Assembly: GCA_040905185.1 (NCBI GenBank)
Contig: JBBDRZ010000007.1
Location: 408,206-472,205 of the forward strand
Direction: 5' to 3'
Source: Chloroflexota bacterium
GTDB lineage: Bacteria; Chloroflexota; Limnocylindria; QHBO01
Length of the DNA: 64,000 nt
Each line of letters starts with the position of its first letter. Positions within the stretch are counted from its first letter, which is position 1. This document shows positions 1 to 8,168 of the stretch, in pieces. The position numbers and the translations under genes were made by a program. The notes below the pieces were generated by a model. The model worked only from the letters and a program-made list of their open reading frames with translations. It was not told where the DNA came from and did not search any database.

Positions 1-347
1 TCCTCGCCTTCGGCATCAAGTCGCACATCTACGAGAATCGAATGCGCGGCAAGCTGACGAAGATCCTGCCCGACGGTAAGGGCGGCATGCGGGAGTACCC
101 CGTCAAGCAGATGCACACGTTGCGCGTAACGCGTGAGTCGCGACTCCGCTTCGAAAAGGAGATCGGGTTCGCTCCCGAAAGCCCAAAGGCCGAGAAGCTC
201 CGCCAGGTGAATTCATCGGTCGGGACATACAGCGATGAACTGATCGACGAGTTCCGCTCGATCACGCCGCTGGGCCGCGAACCGGTCTTCGATCTGACCG
301 AGCGAGCGACCCAGCACTTCGTTGCAAACGGGTTTGTAATCCATAAT
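1..347 (+). mobile_element. C-terminal portion of an intein inside nrdJ, with a homing-endonuclease-like tail
   Basis: PVFDLTERATQHFVANGFVIHN ends in His-Asn (codons 342-347) and is followed by +1 Cys (348-350), the canonical C-terminal splice junction. Upstream, LRVTRESRLRFEKEIGF..SPKAEKL resembles the end of a LAGLIDADG endonuclease insert. The N-terminal junction is outside the window. Confidence 0.8.
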
Positions 348-2234
348 TGCAGCGAATTTATGTACATGGACGACACGTCCTGCAACCTCGCCAGTTTGAA
401 TCTCATGAAGTTCGTGGACGAGCGAGGTGAGTTCGCCATCGAGGACTTCCGGCACGCCGTCCGGGTCGTGTTCACCGCGCAGGAGATCATCGTCGACAAC
501 GCCTCGTACCCCACCGAGAAGATCACGGCCAACTCGCGAGCGTACCGACCCATCGGGATTGGTTTCGCCAACCTCGGCGCGGTGCTGATGAACCGTGGCC
601 TTGCCTATGACAGCGACGAAGGTCGGGCGTACGCAGCGGTCATCGCCGCCCTCGAGCAGGCGGAGTCGGGATTGCAGAGCGCGCGCATGGCGCGCGACCA
701 GGGCGGACCGTTCGCCGGGTACGGGATCAACCGAGAGCCGTACCTGAAGGTCATGGGCATGCACCGCGACGCAGCCTACCGGCTCGACCGACAGGTCATC
801 CCCACCGATCTTCTGGACGCGACTCTCACTGCATGGGACGACGTCCTTGCATTGGGCGAGGAACACGGCTTCCGCAACGGGCAGTTCTCAGTCACTGCCC
901 CCACGGGGACCATATCGTTCCTGCTCGACTGTGACACCACGGGAATTGAGCCGGACATCGCGCTCATCAAGTACAAGCGCCTGGTGGGTGGCGGCTACCT
1001 GAAGATCGTCAACAACACGGTGCCTCACGCCCTGAAGCGGCTGGGCTACAGCGCCGCGCAGGCAGAGGAGATCGTCGCCTACATCGACGAGCAGGAGACC
1101 ATCGAGGGCGCGCCGCACCTCCTCGACGAGCACCTGGCGGTGTTCGACTGCGCCTTCAAGCCCGCCAACGGGCATCGGTCCATTCACTACAACGGCCATC
1201 TCAAGATGATGGCCGCGGTCCAGCCGTTCATCAGCGGGGCCATCTCCAAGACGGTGAACATGCCGGAGGCCAGCACCCCGGAGGAGATCGCCCAGGTCTA
1301 CATCGATGGCTGGAAGCTGGGCCTGAAGGCCATCGCCATTTACCGCGACAACTCGAAGCGTTCGCAGCCGCTGAACGTGAAGAAAGAAGGCTCCCAGGGA
1401 GCGGCGGGCACCACGGCCGTTGCGGGCACAACGGTCGCCGCCGCTCCCCCCCAACCCTACCGACGCCGCCTGCCGGATGAGCGGGCCTCCATCACCCACA
1501 AGTTCAACGTGGCGGGGCACGAGGGGTACCTGACCGTCGGCCTGTACGAGGACGGGCAGCCGGGCGAGATCTTCCTGCGCATGGCCAAGGAGGGGTCGAC
1601 CATCAGCGGGCTCATGGACGCGTTCGCCACCGCGGTCAGCATCGCGCTCCAGTACGGGGTGCCGCTGCCGGACCTCATCAACAAGTTCAGCCACCTGCGC
1701 TTCGAGCCGGCGGGATTCACGACCAACCCGGACGTGCCCATGGCCAAGAGCCTGGTGGACTACATCTTCCGGTACCTGGCGACCAAGTTCCTGAGCAGGG
1801 CGGAGCAGGACCAGGTGGGAGTGGTGAATCGGCAGATGACCCTTGCCGAAGCGGATGCTGTCCGTGGGGAGGCTGCCGATGGGGACGCAGCCTCGGCAAG
1901 CTCGGCAGCGCCGCCCCCGGCAGCCCAGACCTCGGTCGACTCGGCTAAGGCACAGGGCGCTGAGGAGTCCCCGCAGGACAGCGTGTCAGGGACCGATGTT
2001 GACGGGGAGGAGGCAGTACCGGAGCCGTTGCCGGGGTTGATGGATGGGTTGAAGATCGTGGCCCAGCACAACGGCCACGGTTTCACACGGGAAGAGCGCC
2101 TGTCAGCCGGTCAGCCGACCGTGATCTTCGATACGGCCGATTCGCCCGCATGTACCGATTGCGGCTCGATCATGGTCCGCAACGGCAGCTGCTACAAGTG
2201 CCTGAATTGCGGTTCAACTTCAGGTTGTAGTTGA
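1..2234 (+). CDS. nrdJ: Class II (adenosylcobalamin-dependent) ribonucleotide reductase, 5'-truncated by the window edge and interrupted by an intein
   Basis: The frame is open from nt 3, so the start lies left of the window. After the intein the extein resumes CSEFMYMDDTSCNLASLNL. Later motifs are IAIYRDNSKRSQPL and HKFNVAGHEGYLTVGLYEDGQPGEIFL. The C-terminal Cys-rich tail CTDCGS..CYKCLNCG is typical of NrdJ. Confidence 0.9.
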   Translation, partial: LAFGIKSHIYENRMRGKLTKILPDGKGGMREYPVKQMHTLRVTRESRLRFEKEIGFAPESPKAEKLRQVNSSVGTYSDELIDEFRSITPLGREPVFDLTERATQHFVANGFVIHNCSEFMYMDDTSCNLASLNLMKFVDERGEFAIEDFRHAVRVVFTAQEIIVDNASYPTEKITANSRAYRPIGIGFANLGAVLMNRGLAYDSDEGRAYAAVIAALEQAESGLQSARMARDQGGPFAGYGINREPYLKVMGMHRDAAYRLDRQVIPTDLLDATLTAWDDVLALGEEHGFRNGQFSVTAPTGTISFLLDCDTTGIEPDIALIKYKRLVGGGYLKIVNNTVPHALKRLGYSAAQAEEIVAYIDEQETIEGAPHLLDEHLAVFDCAFKPANGHRSIHYNGHLKMMAAVQPFISGAISKTVNMPEASTPEEIAQVYIDGWKLGLKAIAIYRDNSKRSQPLNVKKEGSQGAAGTTAVAGTTVAAAPPQPYRRRLPDERASITHKFNVAGHEGYLTVGLYEDGQPGEIFLRMAKEGSTISGLMDAFATAVSIALQYGVPLPDLINKFSHLRFEPAGFTTNPDVPMAKSLVDYIFRYLATKFLSRAEQDQVGVVNRQMTLAEADAVRGEAADGDAASASSAAPPPAAQTSVDSAKAQGAEESPQDSVSGTDVDGEEAVPEPLPGLMDGLKIVAQHNGHGFTREERLSAGQPTVIFDTADSPACTDCGSIMVRNGSCYKCLNCGSTSGCS

Positions 2235-2267
2235 CTCGATAGTCCACGTCCGTACAGCACCTCAGCC

Positions 2268-2942
2268 ATGGCACGCAGAACGCTAAGAGTCACAACTCGA
2301 GTCAACCTTCGCTACAGAGTTGAGGTACGACGGCGGCTCACATATCGACTCGAGCCCCAGAGGATCTCAACGGGCTCGGTTCCGGTTAGAGTCCCTCGGT
2401 TAGTGACGACGTCTGTCGCCCCAGTAGCAAGTCATCGGGAGGCGATCTACTCCGCACCTCTCGGCCCGATCCGCCGCGCGGCGGATGAGTACACCGAAGC
2501 TTTGCCGGATCCGCTGTCTCCAGAGGACAAGCCCTTTGATTGCTTCATCTGCTACGCGATCCCAGACGAGGAGGACGTGGTGGCGCCGTTGGTGGAACTG
2601 CTCCGCGATCGGAATCTGACCGTGTGGGCGGGATTGGATCTAACGATCGGCTCGCCCCTCGGACGGAAGATCGATCAGGGGCTGCGTGCCAGCCGGTTCG
2701 GCGTCGTAGTTCTGTCGCCAGCGTTCTTTGATGGCGGTGGGTGGCGGAAGCTCGAACTGGACGCTCTCATGGGTATTGAGGCTCGCGGTTCTGACCCGGT
2801 CATCCTGCCTATCTGGCACAACGTCACCGCAGCGGAGGTAGCCGCGCATAGCCCAATCCTCGCTGGAAAGCTCGGACGCAGCACTGCTACCCAAACGCTG
2901 GAACAGATCTCAGAGGAGATTGCCGAGGTCGCTCGAATTTAG
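2268..2942 (+). CDS. TIR-domain protein (standalone)
   Basis: 224-aa ORF. Residues ~95-220 read KPFDCFICYAIPDEEDVVAPLVELLRDRNLTVWAGLDLTIGSPL..SRFGVVVLSPAFFDGGGWRKLELDAL..PVILPIWH, the bacterial TIR pattern including W...EL. The first ~90 aa are Arg-rich with no recognisable domain, so the true start is uncertain. Confidence 0.8.
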   Translation: MARRTLRVTTRVNLRYRVEVRRRLTYRLEPQRISTGSVPVRVPRLVTTSVAPVASHREAIYSAPLGPIRRAADEYTEALPDPLSPEDKPFDCFICYAIPDEEDVVAPLVELLRDRNLTVWAGLDLTIGSPLGRKIDQGLRASRFGVVVLSPAFFDGGGWRKLELDALMGIEARGSDPVILPIWHNVTAAEVAAHSPILAGKLGRSTATQTLEQISEEIAEVARI

Positions 2943-3193
2943 TTCTGGTCATGTGGCCGATTCGGCCCATGCACAAGACTGGAACTTCTCCTAATTCTGG
3001 GCGTGGGCGGTCTCGCGTCACGAGCGACTCCTGCGCCTGTACGGACGGTGATCTCGGCCACAGCCTCAAGGACGGACCCCGATCACGGTGGGCAAGGGCG
3101 CTGCCCGAGGGCCTAGCAGCAGCGGCTGCAGTTGAACTCCCTGAGGGCTCGAGTTCAGCTTCCGGGATCTTCACGAACGAACAGGGATCGACC

Positions 3194-4141
3194 TCAGTCG
3201 CTAGTGACTGCGTCGCCGCTGGACGGGAGAAGAACGGAACTTTCGGGATACAGCTCGCAGATCCGACCTGACTGCCAATCATGCGCGCGGACGAGACTTA
3301 GGTTCCTTGGCCGCGGACCATCTGGAACACCCCTCTCAAATATCAGATCGAAAATGAGCCCTTCAGACCGATGGATCGTCCCCGAGATTTCCGGTCCACC
3401 TATTGCGATGATGAGGTGGTCATTCTCAGGGATGTCCTTGGTAGCGACTCGCGACAGCAGGTCCGCCCGAAGTTCGGATTCGTAGAGTGTTTCCGAGTAG
3501 AACAGGACCAGATCGAAGCGGCTGCCGGCGTCAGTACGTGGTATCCCCAGCGAGCCTCCCGACGTGTAGAAGGCGAAACCCTTCGGCAAGCGCAAACCTG
3601 GAAGCTCGATCTGGGTAGGCAGTGGGCCATCGGGTAGAGAGAAGACCATCTCCCGGGGATCGCAGGCGGCAAGATAATCGATTAGTTCTCTTTCGGCGAC
3701 GGGGTCCGCCAGCGGCAGTCCTTGCGTTGCCTCGCCGTCATACCGCCACATGAAAACCGTCCACCCGTCGAGATTCCGAAACGGCTGACCAGACTCGACT
3801 ATCCGGCGCAGAAGCCGCATCGTGAGTGCATTTGAAAATCGTCGCGTCCGCGTCATCAGTTGAGTGAGTTCAATCCCCACCGAAGTCCCGTCCACCGACG
3901 TTGCCTCAAGATCTGGCGGATTGCTTCCTTTGGACGCGGGGCCCGTGTATTCGTCACGTCCCAACGTCGCGGCAAGGTCGACTCGGTACTTAGAGAAGTG
4001 CGAAATCTCGAGCTGAGCCTTCGATTCGAACGGCGCCGATGCCTGCAGTGCCTGATCCAGCCCCACGACAATGATCCGTTCCCCGGAGGGCCCTTCAGCG
4101 CTTAGGAACACTGGGGAGACTTCTCGAGCGGCTCCTGACAT
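3194..4141 (-). CDS. Hypothetical protein, last gene of the defence-like operon; possible PD-(D/E)xK-type nuclease
   Basis: 315-aa ORF that overlaps the upstream ORF by 47 nt if ATG 4141 is used. No family recognised. PPDLEATSVDGTSVGIELTQL weakly resembles a restriction-endonuclease-fold core. Confidence 0.55.
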   Translation of the reverse strand: MSGAAREVSPVFLSAEGPSGERIIVVGLDQALQASAPFESKAQLEISHFSKYRVDLAATLGRDEYTGPASKGSNPPDLEATSVDGTSVGIELTQLMTRTRRFSNALTMRLLRRIVESGQPFRNLDGWTVFMWRYDGEATQGLPLADPVAERELIDYLAACDPREMVFSLPDGPLPTQIELPGLRLPKGFAFYTSGGSLGIPRTDAGSRFDLVLFYSETLYESELRADLLSRVATKDIPENDHLIIAIGGPEISGTIHRSEGLIFDLIFERGVPDGPRPRNLSLVRAHDWQSGRICELYPESSVLLPSSGDAVTSD

Positions 4142-5984
4142 GTGCGCTCGTGGTTGGATTCATGAATTGCACATACGCACCTTTCATGCCGCGGGTGAGG
4201 AGGACGCGGTAGGTGCGCTTGACGAGGTCGGTGAACTGGGCGCCGCTGCGCTTGACGATGGAGTCATGAGACTCAGAGGGGTCGCCGATCCAGGATTCTG
4301 AGGCGGGGTCCCAGCGGAGGTCGCGGCCGAAGATCACGCCGACGTAGTCGAACTCGAAGCCCTGGGCGGTGTAAATGCAGCCGACCTGATCGATGCCGCG
4401 GGGATCGGACGCCCAGTAGCGCTCCTGGGGGATGCCATCGGCGAGGCGGCCGGCATCGGACCTGGCGTTCCAGGGCATCTGCCAGGTGCCTACCTTTACA
4501 TCGGGGACGAGGGTGCCGTCATCGAGCGGATCGGACCAGGGCCAGCAGAAGCCGGCGACCAGGCGGGCTGTGGTGTTCGGCTCTGCGGCCTTTGATCGGA
4601 TCAGGGCGTCGAGCTGCTCGACCGAGTCGACGATGCGGAAGTCGAACGCGTCGTCGCCCTCCCAGATCGGGTGGGCCGTCTCGGCCAGGCCAAGGGTGTG
4701 GTCGACCCAGCTGACGAAGGCCTCGGAGCCGGCGCAGCGGAACTGGGTCTCGAGCTCGAACTCCTGGATCTCGGCGCTGGCCCGGGCGGCGGCCTCCTTG
4801 ATCAGGTTGACGCTGCCAACCTCGTTGGGGCGGACGACCTGGAGGTCGTCGATGAAGAACACCGTGGTCTTGGCGGCATTCACGAGCTCGTCGATCTGGG
4901 GCAGATCGGTCTTGGCGGCTTTGGGTGTGAATCGACTGGCGGAGGTCTCGCGGATGCGGTGCGCTTCGTCCAGGATCAGGACGTCGACGTCGTTGGGATC
5001 GGCGGCGCCGAACTGATTGAAGTAGGCGAACTGGGCGCGGGCGCGCCTTCCGACGATGCGGCGGATGTTCTCGGTGAACGCCTTGCTGCCGGTGGCGTGC
5101 TGGGCGTTGTAGCCGTCGCGGGCGAGGCGGCCGACGAGGTGGAGGGCGATGACCGACTTGCCGGTGCCGGGACCGCCCTTGACGAGCATCACGGCCTTCG
5201 TCGTGCGGTGGAAGCCCTCGCGGGCGGCGGCGAGGACGGACTCGAAGACGACGAATTGCTCGTCGAGGAGGATGAACTCCTGCTGGCCGGCAACCATCTC
5301 GGCTGTGTGGTCGAGCAGCTTCTTCGAGGGCTTGTACTTCGAGTCGAGGACCTTGGCCATGACAGGGACACCATCGCCTTCTGAGAGGCGCTCATTCAGG
5401 AACTCGGCAAGCTCGGTTGACTGATCGCCGGTGAAGAGCGGATTGGTCTTCAGGTACTCGGCGTGGCGGTCGGCAAATAGCTCCTCGGTCGGGTCGTACT
5501 GCATGTTGTGGAGCCAGCTCACACCCGCGAGACCGATTCCGTCGTCGTAGAAGGCGGTGTGGTTGTCAAGCAACCATTGCTCGTAGAGGCCGACCTGGAC
5601 CGACGGGTGGGGGACGGGGCGGAGCCGTTGCCCCACGAACGTTTCTACACAGCCCTCCGCGTTTGAGCGTGCCGTCGCGCCCCACTGCTTCAGTTCGACG
5701 ATGACCGCGTTTTCGGAGTCGTTCTGGGCGTGGCCTGTCAGCAGGGCGTCGAGTCGCCGACTGGTGTTGCCCAGCTGGTACTCGAGGATCACGCCGTGGT
5801 CGTCGAGATCGGCCTGGCTGATCAACAAGGCCAGCGACGTCAGGCTGTTCTGCCAGCTCTCGTATTCCGCCGCGCCCGGCCTGTGACCGATCTGCGCGAT
5901 GTACTCCCCGCGCACTTTCTCGGCGATCCGATGCATCCGGGCATCGGTCAGGAACAGATCGGTCGACTCTGCGTAGAGCCTCAT
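4095..5984 (-). CDS. DUF2075-family (Schlafen-helicase-like) ATPase with an N-terminal nuclease-like domain
   Basis: 629 aa. Walker A is VKGGPGTGKSVIAL and Walker B is VLILDEAHRI. The C-terminal CIYTAQGFEFDYVGVIFG and the N-terminal RRLDALL..AVIVELKQW (PD-(D/E)xK-like) fit the family. ATGA overlap with the upstream gene at 5981-5984. Confidence 0.85.
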   Translation of the reverse strand: MRLYAESTDLFLTDARMHRIAEKVRGEYIAQIGHRPGAAEYESWQNSLTSLALLISQADLDDHGVILEYQLGNTSRRLDALLTGHAQNDSENAVIVELKQWGATARSNAEGCVETFVGQRLRPVPHPSVQVGLYEQWLLDNHTAFYDDGIGLAGVSWLHNMQYDPTEELFADRHAEYLKTNPLFTGDQSTELAEFLNERLSEGDGVPVMAKVLDSKYKPSKKLLDHTAEMVAGQQEFILLDEQFVVFESVLAAAREGFHRTTKAVMLVKGGPGTGKSVIALHLVGRLARDGYNAQHATGSKAFTENIRRIVGRRARAQFAYFNQFGAADPNDVDVLILDEAHRIRETSASRFTPKAAKTDLPQIDELVNAAKTTVFFIDDLQVVRPNEVGSVNLIKEAAARASAEIQEFELETQFRCAGSEAFVSWVDHTLGLAETAHPIWEGDDAFDFRIVDSVEQLDALIRSKAAEPNTTARLVAGFCWPWSDPLDDGTLVPDVKVGTWQMPWNARSDAGRLADGIPQERYWASDPRGIDQVGCIYTAQGFEFDYVGVIFGRDLRWDPASESWIGDPSESHDSIVKRSGAQFTDLVKRTYRVLLTRGMKGAYVQFMNPTTSAHVRSRSRSLPSVPKR

Positions 5985-7153
5985 CCGCCGGCTCTCGCAT
6001 ATAGCTGCTTCACGGCATCGTCGAGGTGGGCAGTCAGATAATTTACAAGCGAGTCGAAGTTGCGCCAGCCTAGCCGCCGAAGCACGCCTACCAAGAGCTG
6101 GGTGCCAGTCACCGAAGCGCCGCGCGGGGAGAGGGTGGTTTCTATGCTCGCCGTCGCCTCAACTTCGCTCCGGTCTGGGAGCAACGGGTCCGTGAAGCCT
6201 AGTGCGGACGCCGGCGGACTAACTCGCCACCTCGATCCATATTGCATTTGGAGTTCTACGCGCAGAGGCGGGGCGGCCGCACAGACCCTTTCGAGTGCGA
6301 TCTCGCCAAACACAAGCCTTCGCGAGATCTCCCGAAGCAGCGACTCCGTTGTTTCGACCAGGTCCACCTGGGCTTCCAGCGGCTGAGGGCGTGCGACGTA
6401 TTGATGCCTCACGAAGGCCTCGTCCCCAACCGCTGAGGTAAGCGTGCGATCAGGGCGTTCGGCTTCAAGGACGTACTCGCTTCCTCGTGGCTTGCCCTCC
6501 CACTGATCGTGTTCGAGCGCCGTCGCCGCAATTATGTCGAGAGATCGATCTGTCTCCGGATCGAAGCGGCTTCGCGGGACTGCTGCAATGGGCCACATGT
6601 GAAGGAAGAAGCCCGGTGAGCCGTACATGGTGGCGCTCGTGACACGACGATGCAGCGCGAGCACGCTTGGGTTGCCCATTGCCCGCTCTTTGAACCAAAC
6701 CTCCAGCAGTTCCGGGGGCGCCGGGCGGTTCTGGTCCCCAACTCGGACCAGCACTCCGTGATCGCGATGCCAAATCGGGGGTTGAACGGATGGGCCAATG
6801 GCGACAACAAGCAAGGCTTGCCCGGTCGCGGGGTTGGTGACCTGGGCAATCGACATAGCGAACCCCGGCGTGCAATAGGCCCAAATCGTGCTCTGAGCGG
6901 CCGCACGCGGGTCGCCTGACAGTCCATCCCAAGTGCCAGGGACTGCTGGATTATCGGCCTCGCGGACTCCGAGGACGATGGTGCCACCAAGTCCGTTGGC
7001 CATGGCAGCGGCTGTTGCGGCGAATGTTGGCGAGACCCGGTCCTTGTAGTCGAGCCGTGCGTCCTCTGTGAGGCCGTGCTCAAGGAACGCGAGGAGCCGC
7101 GCCCAGTCGAGTGTTTCTAATGGTTCGAGCGCTGGGTGGAGCCCTGGAGTCAT
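5981..7153 (-). CDS. AlbA_2 (Schlafen-core-like, divergent AAA-4) domain protein
   Basis: The ORF runs 5981-7201. The ATG at 7153 forms an ATGA overlap with the stop of the 7150-7422 ORF, so it is taken as the start. LTEDARLDYKDRVSP..AAAMANGLGGTIVLGVRE..LLVVAIGPS..VLVRVGDQNRPA fits the AlbA_2 pattern E..lEfK..aNt.GG.l.iGV. The C-terminal ~220 aa are unassigned. Confidence 0.75.
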   Translation of the reverse strand: MTPGLHPALEPLETLDWARLLAFLEHGLTEDARLDYKDRVSPTFAATAAAMANGLGGTIVLGVREADNPAVPGTWDGLSGDPRAAAQSTIWAYCTPGFAMSIAQVTNPATGQALLVVAIGPSVQPPIWHRDHGVLVRVGDQNRPAPPELLEVWFKERAMGNPSVLALHRRVTSATMYGSPGFFLHMWPIAAVPRSRFDPETDRSLDIIAATALEHDQWEGKPRGSEYVLEAERPDRTLTSAVGDEAFVRHQYVARPQPLEAQVDLVETTESLLREISRRLVFGEIALERVCAAAPPLRVELQMQYGSRWRVSPPASALGFTDPLLPDRSEVEATASIETTLSPRGASVTGTQLLVGVLRRLGWRNFDSLVNYLTAHLDDAVKQLYARAGG

Positions 7154-7422
7154 CCAGTTAGCCGGCGCAATTCTTCCATCCCAGCCGCAGTGATCCGACA
7201 ATGGCCGTCACTTGCGTGATCTGTCAATGTCTCGGCGAAACCCTCCGCGAAACCTTCGATCAGGAGGTCGATGAGGGAGGCCTTCACCGCCTCGCGGGAA
7301 ACCCCTGCCCGTGCTGCGACATCCGCCATATCGAGGTGGAGGATCTCGGACGTTGTCTCTTGGCGGTGCGCCATTTGCCGGAGAGCCATCAGGATTTCCC
7401 GTCGGATCGTGGTTTCGTCCAC
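7150..7422 (-). CDS. Small helix-turn-helix-like protein, first gene of the operon
   Basis: 90 codons. GTG start with AAGGAGGT 5 nt upstream. LHLDMADVAARAGVSREAVKASLIDLL is HTH-like. Confidence 0.55.
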   Translation of the reverse strand: MDETTIRREILMALRQMAHRQETTSEILHLDMADVAARAGVSREAVKASLIDLLIEGFAEGFAETLTDHASDGHCRITAAGMEELRRLTG

Positions 7423-7424
7423 GC

Positions 7425-7763
7425 TTACCTCCTTGGTTCTTGCTGCTTCTCGCAGGTCCCTGAGCGGAGGGCGGCGATGATGGTGCTGACCGTGTCCGGG
7501 ACGCGGCCCTCGTGGCGGGCGGTGTTGGTCAGGTAGGCGTAGGTCGCCTCAGCCGAGGGGCCCCAGTGCCAGGTGTCCTCGAAGGCCAGCAGCTGGGCAT
7601 CGGAGCGGTTGCCCGACTCGTCGCGGAAGATGACGTTGTAGTCGCGGTTCGAGGTGAACGGCGGGTCGAGGTAGATGAGGTCGACGCTGGCGTCGGGCAG
7701 GTAGCGGCGCAGGATGTCGAGGTTGTCGCCGTAGTAGCGGACGTTGGTGGCGAGCTCGGTCAT
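7425..7763 (-). pseudogene. R1: N-terminal fragment (112 codons) of a beta-class N6/N4 DNA methyltransferase
   Basis: MTELATNVRYYGDNLDILRRYLPDASVDLIYLDPPFTSNRDYNVIFRDESGNRSDAQLLAFEDTWHWGPSAEATYAYL.. carries motif IV (DPPF) but no AdoMet-binding half. The ORF stops at 7425 inside the Shine-Dalgarno region of the next gene. Confidence 0.85.
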
Positions 7764-7825
7764 CGGTCCCCCCGCGTGGGCGCTAGCGGGTATGTGGGAG
7801 AGCCTAGCAGCGGGGGCAAGGGCTC
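7764..7825 (-). promoter_or_regulatory. Leader A: conserved promoter/5'UTR module of the repeat family
   Basis: Minus strand reads CTTGCCCCCGCTGCTAGGCTCTCCCACATACCCGCTAGCGCCCACGCGGGGGGACCGATG. This contains an extended -10-like TGC-TAGGCT (plus coordinates 7801-7806), about 37 nt of UTR, and a G-rich SD before the ATG. Near-identical copies lie at 20140-20200 and 26925-26985. Confidence 0.45.
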
Positions 7826-7859
7826 GGCAGGTAGCTTGCGCCTAGGCTAGGCTTGATCC

Positions 7860-8168
7860 ATGACGATCCGGATCGATCCTAAGGCCATCAGCACGGAGGC
7901 GCTGGCCGACTTCGCCAGCCGGCATGGCGTGCTGCGCGTTGCATTGTTTGGGTCGGCCGCGCGAAATGAGCTGCGACCCGCGAGCGACGTGGACGTGGTT
8001 GTCGACTTCGCTGCTCAATCGACGGCTGGCCTGTTCGAGCAGGTCCGGATGGCGGACGAATTGGAGAACCTATTCGGGCGGCCGGTCGACCTGGTCACCC
8101 GCGACGGCCTGCGTCCGCATGTGAGGGCGACGGTCGAACGCGAGGCGATCGTGTTGTATGAGGCGTGA
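7860..8168 (+). CDS. mntA: Nucleotidyltransferase-domain antitoxin (MNT)
   Basis: LFGSAARNELRPASDVDVVVDF is the GS..(D/E)xD nucleotidyltransferase motif. It overlaps the downstream HepT gene by 11 nt. TAGGCT TAGGCT lies directly upstream (7836-7850). Confidence 0.85.
   Translation: MTIRIDPKAISTEALADFASRHGVLRVALFGSAARNELRPASDVDVVVDFAAQSTAGLFEQVRMADELENLFGRPVDLVTRDGLRPHVRATVEREAIVLYEA

Noticed and set aside
213-2086. Several long minus-strand ORFs (213-866, 888-1694, 1760-2086) opposite nrdJ
   Set aside because: They are antisense shadow ORFs, typical of high-GC DNA. Their translations are Arg/Pro/Gly-rich with no motifs, whereas the plus frame has unambiguous NrdJ motifs.
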